Positions 29,435 through 44,714 of a stretch of DNA of 64,000 nucleotides are shown piece by piece; within the stretch, counting starts at the first letter, position 1; every line of letters begins with the position of its first letter. A model generated the notes under the pieces. That model had not been told where the DNA came from. It searched no databases and worked only from the letters and a program-made list of their open reading frames with translations. Both the position numbers and the translations under genes were made by a program. Source of the DNA: Octopus vulgaris (taxonomy: Eukaryota); contig OX597816.1 in NCBI GenBank assembly GCA_951406725.2, forward strand, positions 97,030,001 through 97,094,000, given 5' to 3'.

Positions 29435-29832
29435 CTGTGATTAAACATAGGTGTAACAGACAGTTGTGGATTATACGAGAATGGCGCGAGTCAGTCTTGT
29501 ACAATATATAACATATATGTCGGCTCAATTTTGAAGGTTCTGATTCGCCAGAGAAGTATTTTTTTTTGTATAATCCTTTCTCGCGCAGACACAGAGACAC
29601 ATGTTTTAGTAGCTGGATGTGGTCGTGATGGGTTACCATATACTAGGAAATTAGTGATAGCCTCAACACCAATAATTCTTTAACGGACAAGCGTTTATTT
29701 TTGACTCATATCGGAAAGACAAAGGGAAAGTAATAAAATGGGCCTGCTGAAGAATATTTAGAATCGGAAGGAAATGTGATATAAGCCAGTGCCTCTCTAC
29801 CCGTCTCTCTTTTTCTCTCACTATCTCTCTCC

Positions 29833-29923
<91 letters not shown>

Positions 29924-29950
29924 GTGTGCATGTGTCTGTATGTATGTACA

Positions 29951-29994
<44 letters not shown>

Positions 29995-31904
29995 TCATAC
30001 ATATATGTATACAAATGCATATGTATCAATGCAATACATACACATAAACTCGCAGACAATATAATTTTCAAGTAATATTACATCAGATGATGTAAGATAT
30101 TAGGTACATACAATTAGTGTTCAGGCTGACTTCCTGCCTAGTGGCAACTTAATACCTAAAATGCAGAGATGTCATCGCTGCTTAATATAGATTGGATGTA
30201 TGCATTATTTCAATCGTGCTGGTAGATGTAGTATAAAATAAAAGTATAGGCGGGTAACTAACTGGTATCTATTTAGATTATAGCATGTATACGTTTATAT
30301 TTTTATACAACTTTAATGTAAAAAAGAATGTTGCAGGTGTTTAAATCACAAGATAGGTTGATGATTGTTGTGATATATGCTGCTACACTCCCGGAGCAGT
30401 TATGAAGTATGTCCGAAATATTGGTATTAGATAGTAGGTTAAGGCAGATCAAAATAGGTAAAGATCTAAGCAGGAAAGAAAAGAAGGGTGAAGTTGAGCA
30501 AGTAGATCCTTACGACTGTTTCATGAATAGATGTACAGTAGGTGTAATTCCCTACCAGCAGTCTGCAACTAGCATTTCTGTGGCAGAGGAAAAATGTGTG
30601 ATTCACTATATACTATATACGCATAAAATGCTTTCACTTGCAAATATCTCCCTTCCACACACATATATATATAAGTACATGCATATTTACGCATTATATA
30701 TATGCTGGGCCATTGAATTCTCTGTGTTCATTCACCCTTGGACGGATTTTGATTTTATCTGTATCCGACATTCAATCTAAATGCTACGTTTGTCCCCAAG
30801 TAGGCCCAGTGACGTTGCTGGTTTAGTCGCGTACGATCCAGCCAAGCAACATTTTGGACAGGATTATATGTTGCCTGTAGCGCTAACTAGTAACCTAACA
30901 GTATACATACACAAACGCGTACGCATACATACATACATACATACATACATACATACATACATACATACATGCATGCATGCATTCACTCTGACAGAAGGGA
31001 GATAGGCAGATATGCATAAAATCGGCATGTATTCGTGGCTAAATATGTTTTTGCTTTTCTCTGTAAGCTTCCTATTATCTCTTTCTCCTCTTTTTACCGA
31101 TCCCATTCCTTTTTCTTTCTGTCAATAAATAAATAAATACATACATACATAGACACACATACGCACACACTCACACACATGTATCAAGACATATTTATTG
31201 GCACTAACACGCAAATCATGTATAACGATATATAATAATATAACTACACACACACACACACAGAAGCTCACACATATGTATATATTACTCACAAACACTC
31301 TGTTTAAACAGAAGACCACATTAAATCTAATTAAATTGTTAGTTATCTTTAAAAATATTTTTTTAAAAAGTAGGAAAGAAAAGAAGAAAACAATACAGAA
31401 ACATAACAGAAAGGAAGAACAGAAAATGGAAGATAAAAGAATCTAGACATGAAGAATTCTTATCTAAGAATAAATGCGTGCGTGTTCTGTAATTACGGTT
31501 TCTTGCGAATTTGGAAAACTCAACATCTATAAATATTGCTCTATAAATACTTTAGATGTTAGGTCAGACCAGACCAGATGAATATTGATTTTTACATCGG
31601 ATTTACTGTGCAAGTTCTCCAAGAATTTTCCAGAAAAATACAATAGTTTTCTTAGAAAAAAAAAACCCACATTAAATAAATAAATAAGATTAAAACATAT
31701 AAATAAAAAGATAAAATTTTTGAAAAATTATGACAGCTTTTAAGACGAATTCTGACATCTGTTTTTGAAGTTGAGTTGGGAATTCTAAGATCCAAGACAC
31801 GCGTTTGCTATTACTAAGACACGTTAGATTCTAATGCTAAGTGTTGCATTTGATGTTATTCATGTTCTTGCTGCTGCTGCTGTTACCGTTGCTGCTGCAG
31901 TTGT

Positions 31905-32105
31905 CATCGTTGTTGTTGTTCTTTAGAAGACCTATGATCAAAAGCATTCCAGTCGTGACCACTCTAATTATAATATTTAAAGTACGGCATACCCCAAACT
32001 TTCTTATCTAATGAGTCATTCTTTTATTTTCAAAACCACGCAGGATGATTCTAGGAGGATTTGACTGCTATTTCTAGTATAACATGTGACCACGAAGACA
32101 CTCCA
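31905..32105 (-). mobile_element. SINE 3' fragment with (AAC)n tail
   Basis: GACCTATGATCAAAAGCATT is the reverse complement of the ATTGCCTTTGATCATAGGT segment at ~44447-44465. Confidence 0.5.
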
Positions 32106-32620
32106 TTATAATCTCATGAAACAGTTTTGTGTTTCTGGTTGTTATTGGCGTTGTTATTGCTTAATTGTTATTCTTAATTGTTGTTGCAGAATTTCAAGTG
32201 CAGTTGCTATTGGTTTCGTTAATCTTACAGCTTACCAAATTACTCAATTGTGCATGTGACATTCAGAAACTTAATCTCTTTAAATCTTTTCAAAACGGTT
32301 TATTTAAACATACTTTCTCACACCTTTCCTCCATTTTATTTTTATTCATTCTTTCTTCTGTTCTTATCTTACGATCGTTATTTTATTTCTTTCGTTTCTT
32401 CTTTTGTTCGGGTATTATTTGCTTTATCATATTTTCACTTTCTTTTATAATTCATTTTAGATTAATTCATGTTTTTTTTTTCATTCAAACATTTTAAAAT
32501 TTCATTGTCTTGATTATGGTTTTTTCATCGTCCTTTATCTAATATTCTTGTCTCTCTAACACTCTCCTATTACCCTCACACTCCATCTCACTCTCACACA
32601 CCCTCTCTCCCTCACGCCCC

Positions 32621-32678
<58 letters not shown>

Positions 32679-32710
32679 CTTTCTCTGTCTGTTTTTCTCT
32701 CTCTCTCCCT

Positions 32711-32785
<75 letters not shown>

Positions 32786-32994
32786 ACACCATAACTTTCG
32801 CTTTTCAACAGTCTTTTCCTTTCTCTCATTTTCATGTTCTTTATGTTTTTCTCTGTTTCTTTCAGTTTCCATTTTCTCACCTCCAATGTAAATAAATTAT
32901 CGCCGCTTAATATTTGTAACTGTTTTTCACTGTCTGCCTCTCTCTCTCTCTCTCTCTCTCTTTCACTTTGTCCGTTTCTCTCTTATCGTTCCTT

Positions 32995-33028
<34 letters not shown>

Positions 33029-33130
33029 GGGACAAGAACGCAAAACATCCAGACAATTAGGTGACAATTAGAAGTTCCAGATTATCTTTGCAATTTCGGC
33101 TGGTTATACACATACATACACACACATACA

Positions 33131-33960
33131 GGAGGGTATACTAAAAAGTTCATAGGATGACTATGACGGAGTGATGCTTGCCTATGAAATCTTGCATACA
33201 TTAATTTCAAAACTTCTTATTAACAACTGCATTGTTTCCTTCCAAGTAAACCGACTGCTCAGAAAAGACTTCAAAAGTAACTGGTTACGACTTCTCTTGA
33301 AAATGGTCAAAATTTGGCATCATGGTGCTATCAAGTACCTGCAGAAAAAAAGGTTCAGCTCTCAACAACATTCATACTGACACAGTTGCTAAGTTAGGGC
33401 ATGACGCTTCAAAAGTGGGCATGTAAATTTAGGAGAGGCAGGGAGATTCTTGAAAGTAACCCAAAGTCTGAGCGTCCTGCAACTGCCACCACCGAGGTAA
33501 ACACTGATCGTGTTCACCACATGGTGACGGATGACAAGCGATTGACTATAAATCAAATTGCCAATGCAATTAGCATATCTCATGTGAGAGTAGAGAATAT
33601 TCTACTCTATGCACATGGTATGACGATGGTTTCTGCTCGGTGGCTGCCAAATCTTCTGAAACCTGTCGAAAACGCACAGGGCTGATCATATTACGGGATA
33701 ATCTGACATTGAGGCAGATACAGCTGGTTTTCTTGAACGTTTCCTAATCCAAGATGAGTGTTGGCTTCATCGTTTTGAGCCAGAGACAAAGAGACAATCC
33801 ATGCAGCGGAAACCCGACCTACTCACCTTCTCCAAAGAAAGCCAAGGCCGTTTCATGAGCAGGTGAGGTGTTGCCCTCAGTCTTTTGCGATGCAAAAGGC
33901 AGTGTTGATTGACTATTTTCAGAAGGGCCAAAACATCAATGGAGAATACACTGCCACCAT
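33131..33960 (+). pseudogene. Mariner transposase relic
   Basis: KWACKFRRGRE..SERPATA (HTH), SARWLPNLL (WVPxxL), DECWLHRFEPETKRQS (DETW motif); stops and frameshifts. Confidence 0.9.
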
Positions 33961-34845
33961 ATTGAAATTCTTGTAAATCCTTTTCTGCATGTTTTTCTGT
34001 AAAATGATTTAAGAATATGATGTGGTCTAATGTAACCGAAGCATCGTTGTATTTTTTGACATTTCTCCTAGTATCCTAATAAAGATAAATTTTCTTCCCA
34101 AGTGTGAACATACGGTTTTCTGTGAAATTAAAGCTTAAAAATGTCATTTCCTTCCATTGAAAGCCGCTTAATCACCGCTAGGTTATAGCTATTTTTCTCC
34201 TGAAGTGAATTTCAGTTCATTTACGAATGCTTGTGTCCGTCAGGCAGTACATCACCACTTACCCAAAGTATGTATGTATGTATGTATGTATGTATGTATG
34301 TATGTATGTATGTATGTATGTATGTATGTATGTATGTATGCATATATTTGTGTATATGTATGTATGTACGTATGTATTTATGTGTTTGTGTGTGATGTGT
34401 GTGTGTGATGAGACGTGCATATGGAAGTTCTATACAATATGTTTCAAAATCGTATTTAGTTACGCTGCAAAAAAATAGACATTCGGCTATGAGTTAGGAA
34501 ACGGTGATAAAACTATGAGTGTATGAAATATACTGTACATGACTTACGCATTATAATTATTCATAAACATACTCCGTTGATTCCCTTGTCGCCTATACTC
34601 AGCCACCGTCTTTTGCTAATATGTAAATTCGCTTTTCTTTTCATAATTTTGTTGACACCTTCTATAGGAAGCTGTGAGTTTCTTTATTTTAGCAACTGTA
34701 AGTGAGATAAAAGAACAATACTGCGTCTGATGAGTCATAATCGAAAGACAGTACTAGCCAGTTCAGTCCTCGTTCCATGCTAACAAATTCCCAATGGTTC
34801 ATTCATGTGATTTATTTTCATAAGGTGAGGAAATATTTGTTAAAC

Positions 34846-34912
<67 letters not shown>

Positions 34913-34925
34913 CTATCTATCTATC

Positions 34926-34999
<74 letters not shown>

Positions 35000-35028
35000 C
35001 GATCGATCTATCTATCTATCTATCTGTC

Positions 35029-35100
<72 letters not shown>

Positions 35101-35162
35101 AACATATATGAATATGGTACTTAAGTTGAGGCACCAGAATTTAAAAAATGGTAATTGAAATC

Positions 35163-35395
35163 AAATAAGCAACAAGGATATCCAGAGGTAATGCAGTACG
35201 ATCGTTTAATGCGACTCCATTTAATTGAACAATTCAATCCTTACATCAATTTAAAATGTAGAGCGATCTTCAGCTCTTCAATCTTCAAAGTAGATTGCTC
35301 TACATTTTAAATTGATGTAATGATTGCATTTTTCAATTAAAATGGGGTCGCACGAAACGATCGTACTGCATTACCTCTGGATATACTTGTTGCTT

Positions 35396-35399
<4 letters not shown>
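35163..35399. repeat. Imperfect ~105-bp-arm palindrome between (TA)n tracts with decayed hammerhead parts
   Basis: 35163-35269 is inverted at 35292-35399; GAAAC-GATC-GTA at 35354-35365 (+); CTGAAGA at 35267-35273 (-). Confidence 0.75.
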
Positions 35400-35450
<51 letters not shown>

Positions 35451-35452
<2 letters not shown>

Positions 35453-36050
35453 CTGCTGTGATGTAGTAATGAGGGCTTCCACCTTAACTCTGCCAATACT
35501 GTGCAGGATCTCTACGGAAGGAATATAATCTTGCGGTCTGATATGTAAGATATAGCGCAGATGTCGAAGATGGACTCGTGTCAGGGCCTTGATGTGCCTG
35601 CCGTATAGAGTCATGCATTCCCTGACATAGAGGAGGCAAGAGAGCACTGCAGCATTGTACACATTTGTCTTTGTACTGTGAGCAATGTCATGGAAGCTCA
35701 TAGACGCTTCGTGACAGAACCAAAAGCCTTTGTGGTAGACTGTATTGACCTCTCAATATTGAGGTCAGAAGAGTTAGTCACTGAGCTGCCGGAATAGTTA
35801 AAGGCCTCTGTGTAGTTTAGGGCTCTCCGTGTACCGTCACTAGTTCGGGGCTCTCTTGATTTATTAGACATCTAGGGGTGGGGAGCTGGGAGAACAGCTT
35901 TATTTTTGAGGCGTTGATCTTGTGACCAGACATGTCTACTGCACAAGAAAACCGTTCCACTACGAGTTACATGTTCTCAATTTTGCTTGCCACGAGTGAT
36001 GAGTCGTCTGCGTAATGCAGCTCCCTGACACACATTTTCCTGACTTGAAT
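35451..36050 (-). mobile_element. RTE-clade LINE RT fragment
   Basis: RELHYADDSSL, FNYSGS, TKTNVYNAAVLSCLLY..HLRHLRYIL. Confidence 0.85.
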
Positions 36051-37257
36051 TCTCTTGAATTCTCACGTGTTAGCTATGTTACGCTTATTACAGTTGTGTA
36101 ACGGAATAAGAAAATAATTCCACCATAGCGAGTGTTTTAGGAACTTTTCTTGTGCAACTCTGATGAGGTTTTTCTTATTTTTAAGCAGCTGAATTATTTG
36201 AATTTGTGTTTCCAGGAAGATCGTAACGATATTAAAGTTGCAGGAAGACTGTACAATGGTGTATTTGAATTATTTCTTAGACTGCAAATTTCCTTCCAAC
36301 GCTTAGTGGTGACTTCTCAAAAGAGAAAGGCACGTTTTCATTCAGTGCTTATAAGTTTTAAAGAAAAGTTTTATGAATGTTATTCGCTTTCCAGATACCA
36401 ATAGCAATCGGATGATCGATCCTTTTCATGTAAATGACAAAAATTAAATATATTTAACTTCAAATGGAGAAAATATTCATGTCAAACTTTCGTGTGATTC
36501 ATCTCTAAGGTCAAGTTTCATCCTGGACGAAATAGCAGATTTTTGATTAAATGAAAAAGATGAGTAAACAGAAATGGAATCTAAAGTCGTGAAATATTTA
36601 CTACATATTTAATATACAATACTATATATTTATGAGAGCAGGCTTTCTCTCTGCTGTTTGTATAAAATCCGAATAGAGAAAAAGTATGAATGTGCAACCT
36701 TATCTCCGCTAACAACTCACTGAAATATAGCCGATAGTATCAACAAAGAAGCATCAACTGTGTCATTAAGCAAGTTTTAATGGCACCTTTCATTTAATTG
36801 CATATTTAATTATGTAAGCCATACAAATAAAAGATGAAACTACGAAAACGAGTTTGCTCTTATTAATAACAACTTGTCCAGTAAATAGATCTTTTCAAAG
36901 CTTGGCTGTACGCGAAACATTTCATTTACATACAAAGGGCCCTTTGTAGTGATATGTTTGGAACTACTGCAAACACTTTCTGGTGTAGAAATCAATATGT
37001 TGGGTAAAGTAGATAAATATATTTAATAAATCAAAAGCTGGCGGCCAACACTAAGTTTTCTCCTTAGCTGGCAAAACTCAGACTGTCAACATTTGATATA
37101 GTGCATACATACATACGTACATACATACATATATACACACATACATCCACATATACATACATACATACATACATACATACATACATACATACATACATAC
37201 ATACATACATACATACATACATACATACATGCATACATACCTTCATACATACATACC

Positions 37258-37570
37258 AATCTTGAGAACTAGGCTTCTCAAAACCAGAAAGTAGAAAGCT
37301 GATTCGAAGACTACAGATCCTATCCATCACTGGGACTGTAAAAATCTCTAAAACTTTCCAGAGAGTTATTATGTCTAGATATGTAAGTATATGCATAAAA
37401 AGACATCCATAAAACACAACATAAAAATCAGAAGGTTGTATGAATACATACATTCACACAAAAATACCCTGCTGTTGATATTGAAATTCTAACGAAGGAG
37501 CCTTGGGTCTAGGTTAGAAAACGATTCTTTCTCTATTGGCAAGAAAGTTTGAAATAAAACTGAATAATTA
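37258..37570 (+). mobile_element. 5'-truncated R4/Dong-like copy in (TACA)n
   Basis: LIRRLQILSITGTVKISKTF-like C-terminus plus the 3'UTR module; (TACA)n on both sides. Confidence 0.75.
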
Positions 37571-37627
37571 CATACATAGGTACGTACATACATGCATGCA
37601 TACGTACACACACGCATATATGGATGC

Positions 37628-40600
37628 TGTTGTCATCCTGTCAGACTGTTATCACACCCACTCCGGTATAGGAGTATAGTTAGTTAGACAAGACCAAGAC
37701 TATTCACGATCGTCTACTTCGTACTCTCTACTTATACTGACACTGACTGACAGTATTTGTAATGACACCACATACCACTTGTGTCGTGGGAGGAGTGTGC
37801 CATCATTACTATTATCCCCATAACAACTCCCCATTTAAGTTTTTCTTTTTTCTTAGGGAGTGTAGTTTTATTTCTTTTAATAATCATTTTATCATCACCC
37901 CACGTCTATTTTTTCATACAGTTACACATTTATCACATTTTTGTTTGGCATCCACTTCCAGGAACTCCGTACCTTTTCTTTTTCTTATGCTTGTGCGTCT
38001 GGGTTCAATTATTCGTAGTGGCGTTATTACTTGAATAGTATCATATAAACATTCCATTGGTTCTTCCATTCGGTTACGTTCGCTCTCAACAAATCTTTGT
38101 TTTGTTGGTTCAAATGTCTTCTGTATACCTCTTTTCTTCCTTTTACCAAATATAGTATATTTCCTATACGTTTGGTAATCACGCCATCTTTCCAACTTTG
38201 TTTTCCATTCTTATGTGCCTTAACAAATACCTTTTCACCAATTTTGTAATATCTTGTATTTTCCATTGCAATTTTTCTTTTCTTGCTAGGCAACAATTTG
38301 TGGAAGACTGATTTTATTATCCTCGCAAACATCAGCTCTGCTGGTAACATACCTGCTGGTGTATTTGGATTTAGTTTCACACGGTATACTCTTAAACTAC
38401 CTCCTCCGTGACTTCCTTACCCGACCTTCTTAGGGCTCTCTTGAACGTATCGACAAAGCGTTCTGCTTGTTTGTTAGATCTGGTATGCCGCCGTAGTCAC
38501 ATGTTCTGCAGCAAATGTTTCACAAAACATTTTAAATTCAAAAGCCATAAATATCCTTCCATTATTAGAAATTATCGCCCCTGGGAGGCCAAATTTCACA
38601 AACAACTCATGTAGAAATATTGTTGCAGTTGAGGTTGGCTTTTTATACCTACAATTTTCTGTCCATTAAGAGTAACTACCCACTATCACTAAGTAGTATG
38701 AACCGTTTAGAGGACCAGCGAAATCGATGTCAAGTCTCGACCACGGAACATCTACTTTTGGCCAAAGTTCACTTTTAATCGTCAGTAATTCTGCAGCTAG
38801 AGCACATCCTCTAAATTCTGCAGCTAGAGCACATCCTCTAAAGTCTTTCAATAAATTTTCGATTCCTATATTATTTTTGGCCAGTACACGTAGCTAAGCA
38901 TTAAAAATTTCATCCTCGAAATGCCAAGATGTCCAACATCTCAACATTTTCTTTTGCAATATTTCAGGTATTTACTACTCTCTGTGCATACATCAATACG
39001 CCATCATAAATTGTGTATGGATTCACGTCTTGGTTTCATTTCGCACCAGTCCTGTTCCTATTTACTTTTCCTGACCACAGAATTCTTTTCGTTTCTGCTA
39101 TGAATTCATCCTTTACCATATTTCCTCTTATGTCTTCTAGGCTAACCGGTAATTCGCGTACCACATTCCACATTACATTTTATATTTCTCCTTCTGATCT
39201 TAATGCTGCGATTATCGTGTCTTCGAATAGCTCTCAGTGTTTCGGTGTCAGTAGACTGTAGGTGCAGTCCAGTCTGAGTGGTCCGTCTTCTTAATTATTC
39301 TTAGGCTTTCAAGTCTTTCAAGTTCCTTATTTTCCGGTTCTACCGCTGCGAACAGTACATTCTGTTTTGGTTTAAATACAGGCGTTGCACTTTGTTTGAC
39401 TTTAATTTTTGCTTTCGTTTTCGTACAATAGCCTAGTTCCTCCAAGACATCTTTGAAATAAATGTTTTATTTTTCGTTTCAGTCCCTGAGCCGCATTCGA
39501 ACCTTCGACTGAACCGACTATATTCCCACATAAAACACTTATGGGCGTATTCCACAATTTGAACAGTTCCATCCACTATGTACCGAATAGATTCACTGAA
39601 TTTTTAACACATACTTTTACTGTTTTCATTTGGTCATGACATTTCACATTACACCCAAATTCGCTGACAAAATACAATCTTTCACCCGTAACACCAAGTG
39701 CTACTTCTGTAGATTTACTGATTTTTGGCTTATCGATATACTTCCAAGTTTCTTCATTTGCAATAGTAATATCACTTCTAGTGTCTAACTGCATTTTTAC
39801 TCTTATATTTTCAAGTTTCACATTTACAAATTTCTTCTTTGTTATATTACCATTTTCTTTCGACAACATCTTGTTTATTCTTTTTTCTTTGTTCCAACGT
39901 TTTGTCATCTTGGTTTTACGGTGCACTGTTGCGTGTGCAATTTTTCCAGAACGGAAACATTTCACTTTCTTAAATGGGCAGTTTTTTCTTAGGTGTAGAT
40001 CTCCACATGCTGAACATGGGTTTATTTCCTGATTTTTATCCTGTTTGCATTGTATTTTAGTACACACTTGCTTTCTATTCTGCTTCTTTTGCATTTTCTA
40101 ACGCACTTGTTTCATTGGGAGCAATTTTTATGTTCAATTTTCTGTGTCGTGTCTTGAATTTACTATTCTTTCACACTCTTCTGACACTTGTAAGATTACA
40201 GCTTGGTTTTGTTCCAGCTTAGCGAAAATCCTCGTCCTTACTTCTGTGTCATTTTCTGCAGTTAGTCCCTGAACTATCTGGCGTTAATTCGTCCAGTTTG
40301 AAGTTTTTATAATCTCTGTTAACTCTACTAGCATATCTGATGTTCTTTCTCGCTTCAAACATTTCTAGTGTGTATTGAAAAACGATCTTTTGTCGCTAAA
40401 TAAATTACACAGTATGCCTATTGTATTTTAAAAATTTGTCAGAAGGTTTTTCGGGAGTACGTAATTACTGTAACGCTCATGTTCTCCTGCTGCCAATTTC
40501 CTTGGAATTAAGTCGATTTTCATATCGTCGTCCCAATCTTTGCACTTTTTAATGAAGATGTTAGCATCTTCTACATAGCGCGTCGAAGGTAACTCCTTCG

Positions 40601-41136
40601 TTTGGTTCATACTTAAATTCTCTAATCAAGTTTGCAACATAATCTGGCGAGAAAAGCTTTCCAGCATTTTTTGACGTCTTCATTAATAGCAGCATTTGTT
40701 GCTGTAATAGTAATTGTTGTTGTTCTTGCTTCTGCTGTTGATCTTACAGTTGTAGCTGCTGCTGTTATTGTTCTTTCAGTTGTTTTGTTGCTGTTTTTGC
40801 ACCTCGAGAAAACCGGCCAACAATTTCCCCATAATTTTACGATTTTGTATTCCGTAAAATTCGCAGAAAAATTTTGTGAGTTTCGTAACTTCTTGAGAGC
40901 TTGTTAATTCTTCGTGAGTTTGTTAATTCCTCGCCGCCACTGTTGAAATCCTCTGTCGGACTGTTATCACGCCCACTCTGGGATAGCAGTTTAGACAAAT
41001 AAGACCATGATTATCTATGACCGTCTACTTCGTACACTCTACTTATACTGACACTGACTGACAGTATTTATAGTGACCTCACATACCACTCGTCAGGTGG
41101 GAGGGGTGTACCATTATTACTATTATTCTCATAACA
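37628..41136 (-). mobile_element. Ty3/gypsy (Mag-like) LTR retrotransposon, internally deleted
   Basis: LTRs 37628-37825 and 40941-41136 (TG..CA); TSD GATGC at 37623-37627 and 41137-41141; PBS TGGCGGCGAGG; PPT AAATGGGGAG; gag knuckles CSACGDLHLRKNC; protease LDTRSDIT; RT start ..SDWTAPTV; integrase PWSRLDIDFAGP. Confidence 0.93.
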
Positions 41137-41147
41137 GATGCATACAT

Positions 41148-41209
<62 letters not shown>

Positions 41210-41541
41210 ATATATGCATATATACATACATATATATATATATATATGTTGTGGTGGTGTTTCTCCGTCCTTGGACGATGAGGATTCAGGGCCCTTAACG
41301 TTATTCTCAAGCAGTGCCAGCCTGAAACAGTCTGTGACACAGATGTGCGTCTGAGTCATGAGTACAATCTAGCGAGAGAGCGTCTATACAATCTCCGTGT
41401 ATCTAATCTCACTCACTTGGAATGTGTCACCTCAATCTATAGAAAATGACACAGACACTAACCAATATGCCAAGGAAAGGAATAGTATTCGAAACTTCGT
41501 GGTTGCGAGGGAAAAGTCTTAACCATTCAACCATATTGTCA

Positions 41542-41606
<65 letters not shown>

Positions 41607-41624
41607 CTTAGATATGTTTCGACC

Positions 41625-42390
41625 ATAGATTGGTCCAGGCCATGTGTAATTTAATAGCACCACCTGATAGGATTATCTAAATCCTGTTTTAATCAAGTTT
41701 TGTTTATGGTCCATTCAAGTAGTGAGTTCTAGCTGAGTGAGTTGTATCTAGCTATGGGTGGCTTATCCGGTATTCCCTGAAGAAATCTATCCAGAGTCCG
41801 TTTAAAGGTGATGGGATCCTCTTCCTATTTGATCTCTTTTCGGACAATGTTTAACAGGGCCGGGCCTGTTGAGGAAAAGAAATTATGCCGCAGTGTACCT
41901 ATATGTCGTGATCCTGAATTGGGCAGGAGACGTATGGCCCGTGGACCCAGCCTTGGATGAGCCTTGAAACTAATGTTCAGGTCGTTTGGGTAATGCTGGC
42001 GGTATATTCTCCACATCGTACAAATAATGTACCGCTCGCGGCGGCGATGGAGAGACTAGTTTCAAAGCTTTAAGGCGGTCCCAATAATCGAGATCAGTCA
42101 TGCCTTCAATTCGTTTAGTGAGTGCCCTCTGGGGTGATTCAATCCTCGAGATATTTTGTTTTGTATGGGGAGACCACAAAGGGCAGCAGTGTTCGAGGTG
42201 TGGCCGTACAAAGGAGGAGAAAAGTGGAATGATGACACCTTGTTATCTGGACCGGAAGGTTCCTAAGATTCAGGTGCTCATCCTATGAGTTTTATCGGCC
42301 TTATTGTTGATGTGGGTACTCCAACTGAGATTGTTATCTACAATTACACCGAGGTGCCTGATATTGTTAGATGTTGTGAGCGGTTCTACT
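41625..42390 (-). mobile_element. CR1-like LINE 3' fragment
   Basis: [53 protein letters not shown]. Confidence 0.85.
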
Positions 42391-42401
42391 AAAAGAAGAG
42401 A

Positions 42402-42544
<143 letters not shown>

Positions 42545-43241
42545 GTATTTGCATGTGTGTATTTATATATGCATGAACATACACACTTATACACACACAT
42601 ATATAAATGTTTAGAATTATATTATCTCCAAATATTTCCTGAGAAAGGAATCATGATCCTAAATTGTTAAGATACCAGAGAAGACTAACAACCTTTTATT
42701 TTGATAAAAAAATAGGTATTAACACACATACACACACACATGCGAACACACACTCGCATACACGCTTATACATATACTTATGTATGTGTGTGTATGTGTG
42801 TATGTATGTTTATATGTATGTATGTATTGCACACTAAGAGTATTAAAACGTCCCAAATAAATTCGACGTAGTTACCATACATTTTATATACATATTATTC
42901 TCGTTGCACACCCAAGCATAAAAGAGATTACCCAGACAAGTTCAACGGTTATTTGACCAGTTTTCAATGGATAAATACCTTCATTCCCCTATCAAGATAT
43001 TTGAGTAGATAATGCGACTTACATACATCAAACAGAGATTTGGGAGTAGCTGAAACGGCGAGGCTAATTTGCAAATCGTGCATTTGTCGTGCACATGTGT
43101 TCGATTTGCACAGCATGTGCATGAAGGAAAAGCAACACGTATTTACATTTCTTTAATTTCTGCAGCGTAGACATTTCTATCTCATACACACAGGCACACA
43201 TACACATATACACGCATATGCGCATGTACGTATGTATGTAC

Positions 43242-43298
<57 letters not shown>

Positions 43299-44324
43299 AT
43301 ACATGCATGTATGCACATATACATATATATATATTTAAATTTTCATCTGTTTTTGTATGTATGGGCGTTGATATGTATGCGTATACACACACACGGACCC
43401 ATATATATATACATACATACATATGCGCGTATGTGTGTTTGTGTATTTGTGTATATATGTGTATATATACATGTACATTTATATGTATATATATATATAT
43501 GCGCGCGTGTGTCTATAATTTCATACATACATATACACATGAGTCAATGAATGTGTGTGTGTATGTGTGCGGTGCGTGTATTTTGTGTGTGTGTGTGTAT
43601 GTATGTGTGTGTGTGCATGTGTGCGTGTGTGTATGTTTATGTACATGAATATATTTAGCCACACGCACACATACATCCAAACAAAGGTTTTCTGAAATAA
43701 AAATGTCTATTCTAAATTTGGTAAAACAGCGTAACTACAGTACTTCGCCGTCTGACACATCAAAGATTGCCAGAAAACCGTAAATAATTCTTCTGTTAAA
43801 AGATATTTTCGCAGTTGGTTAGATATTTAAGTTAAATCAAGGGATACACAAAAATGCCACAGCATATTTTGGGTTATTCACTACTTAATAAACAGTTTGC
43901 TTCACTTAGTTTAACCATTTCATTTATCCAATATTTCTTCATCGCAGTCAATCCCCACATTGCGGAGGTTTGTTTTAGTTCCTTTTATTGTCGTTGTTGT
44001 TCTTACTGGTATGGCCACAGCTGAAGTCTTGTTGTAATTGTCGTCGTTCTTCTCACGTCATCATCACCATCCTTATCATCCACATCATCATGCCCACATC
44101 TTCGTCATCACTGTCGTCATCGCCATCATCATCATCATCATCATCATCATCATAGTCATCATCATCATCACCACCATCATCATAGACATCATCATAGTCA
44201 TCATCATCATCATACTCCGTCACCGCCGCCGTCACCACCACCACCACCACCACCACCACCACCACACTACCACCAACCACCATTCTCGCTATCATGATCA
44301 GCCTTCGTATCATGACCATTTCAT

Positions 44325-44500
44325 TTCAAGCGTCAGTACCTGTGCCAAAAATGGCGGATCTAACCTCTACGCGGTCGATCGATTTGTAAAACATAGCTGC
44401 CAAACTTCCCTCATATCGACACACTAGCCTGTGAAATATAGACAGTATTGCCTTTGATCATAGGTTTCTGCATTCAGTATTGACTTGGGGCTAAACATCA
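44325..44500 (+). mobile_element. SINE 3' fragment
   Basis: Ends GACTTGGGGCTAAACATCAA; shares a segment with 31905-32105. Confidence 0.45.
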
Positions 44501-44714
44501 AGAAATCACAACTAACACAGCAATCATCATCTCCCTCCTCCTTCTTGCCGTCATTCTCCTCCCACTCCTTCTCTTTGATGTTATCGCCGACTTCGAGAAC
44601 AGTATATTATCTCCAGTTACTGATATATTTGCGCTGTTACGAAGTTCTCTTCACAATCTTGGGGTTTAGGATCCGATCTTACTGCATAGCATCTTGACCA
44701 AGTGTCTTGCAACA

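Noticed and set aside
30409-30780. 123-aa ORF as a gene or LINE ORF1
   Set aside because: No diagnostic motif; runs into low-complexity sequence.
34720-34760. CTGATGA-gtcataatc-GAAA as a hammerhead
   Set aside because: No stem III with NUH followed by a pairing stem I.
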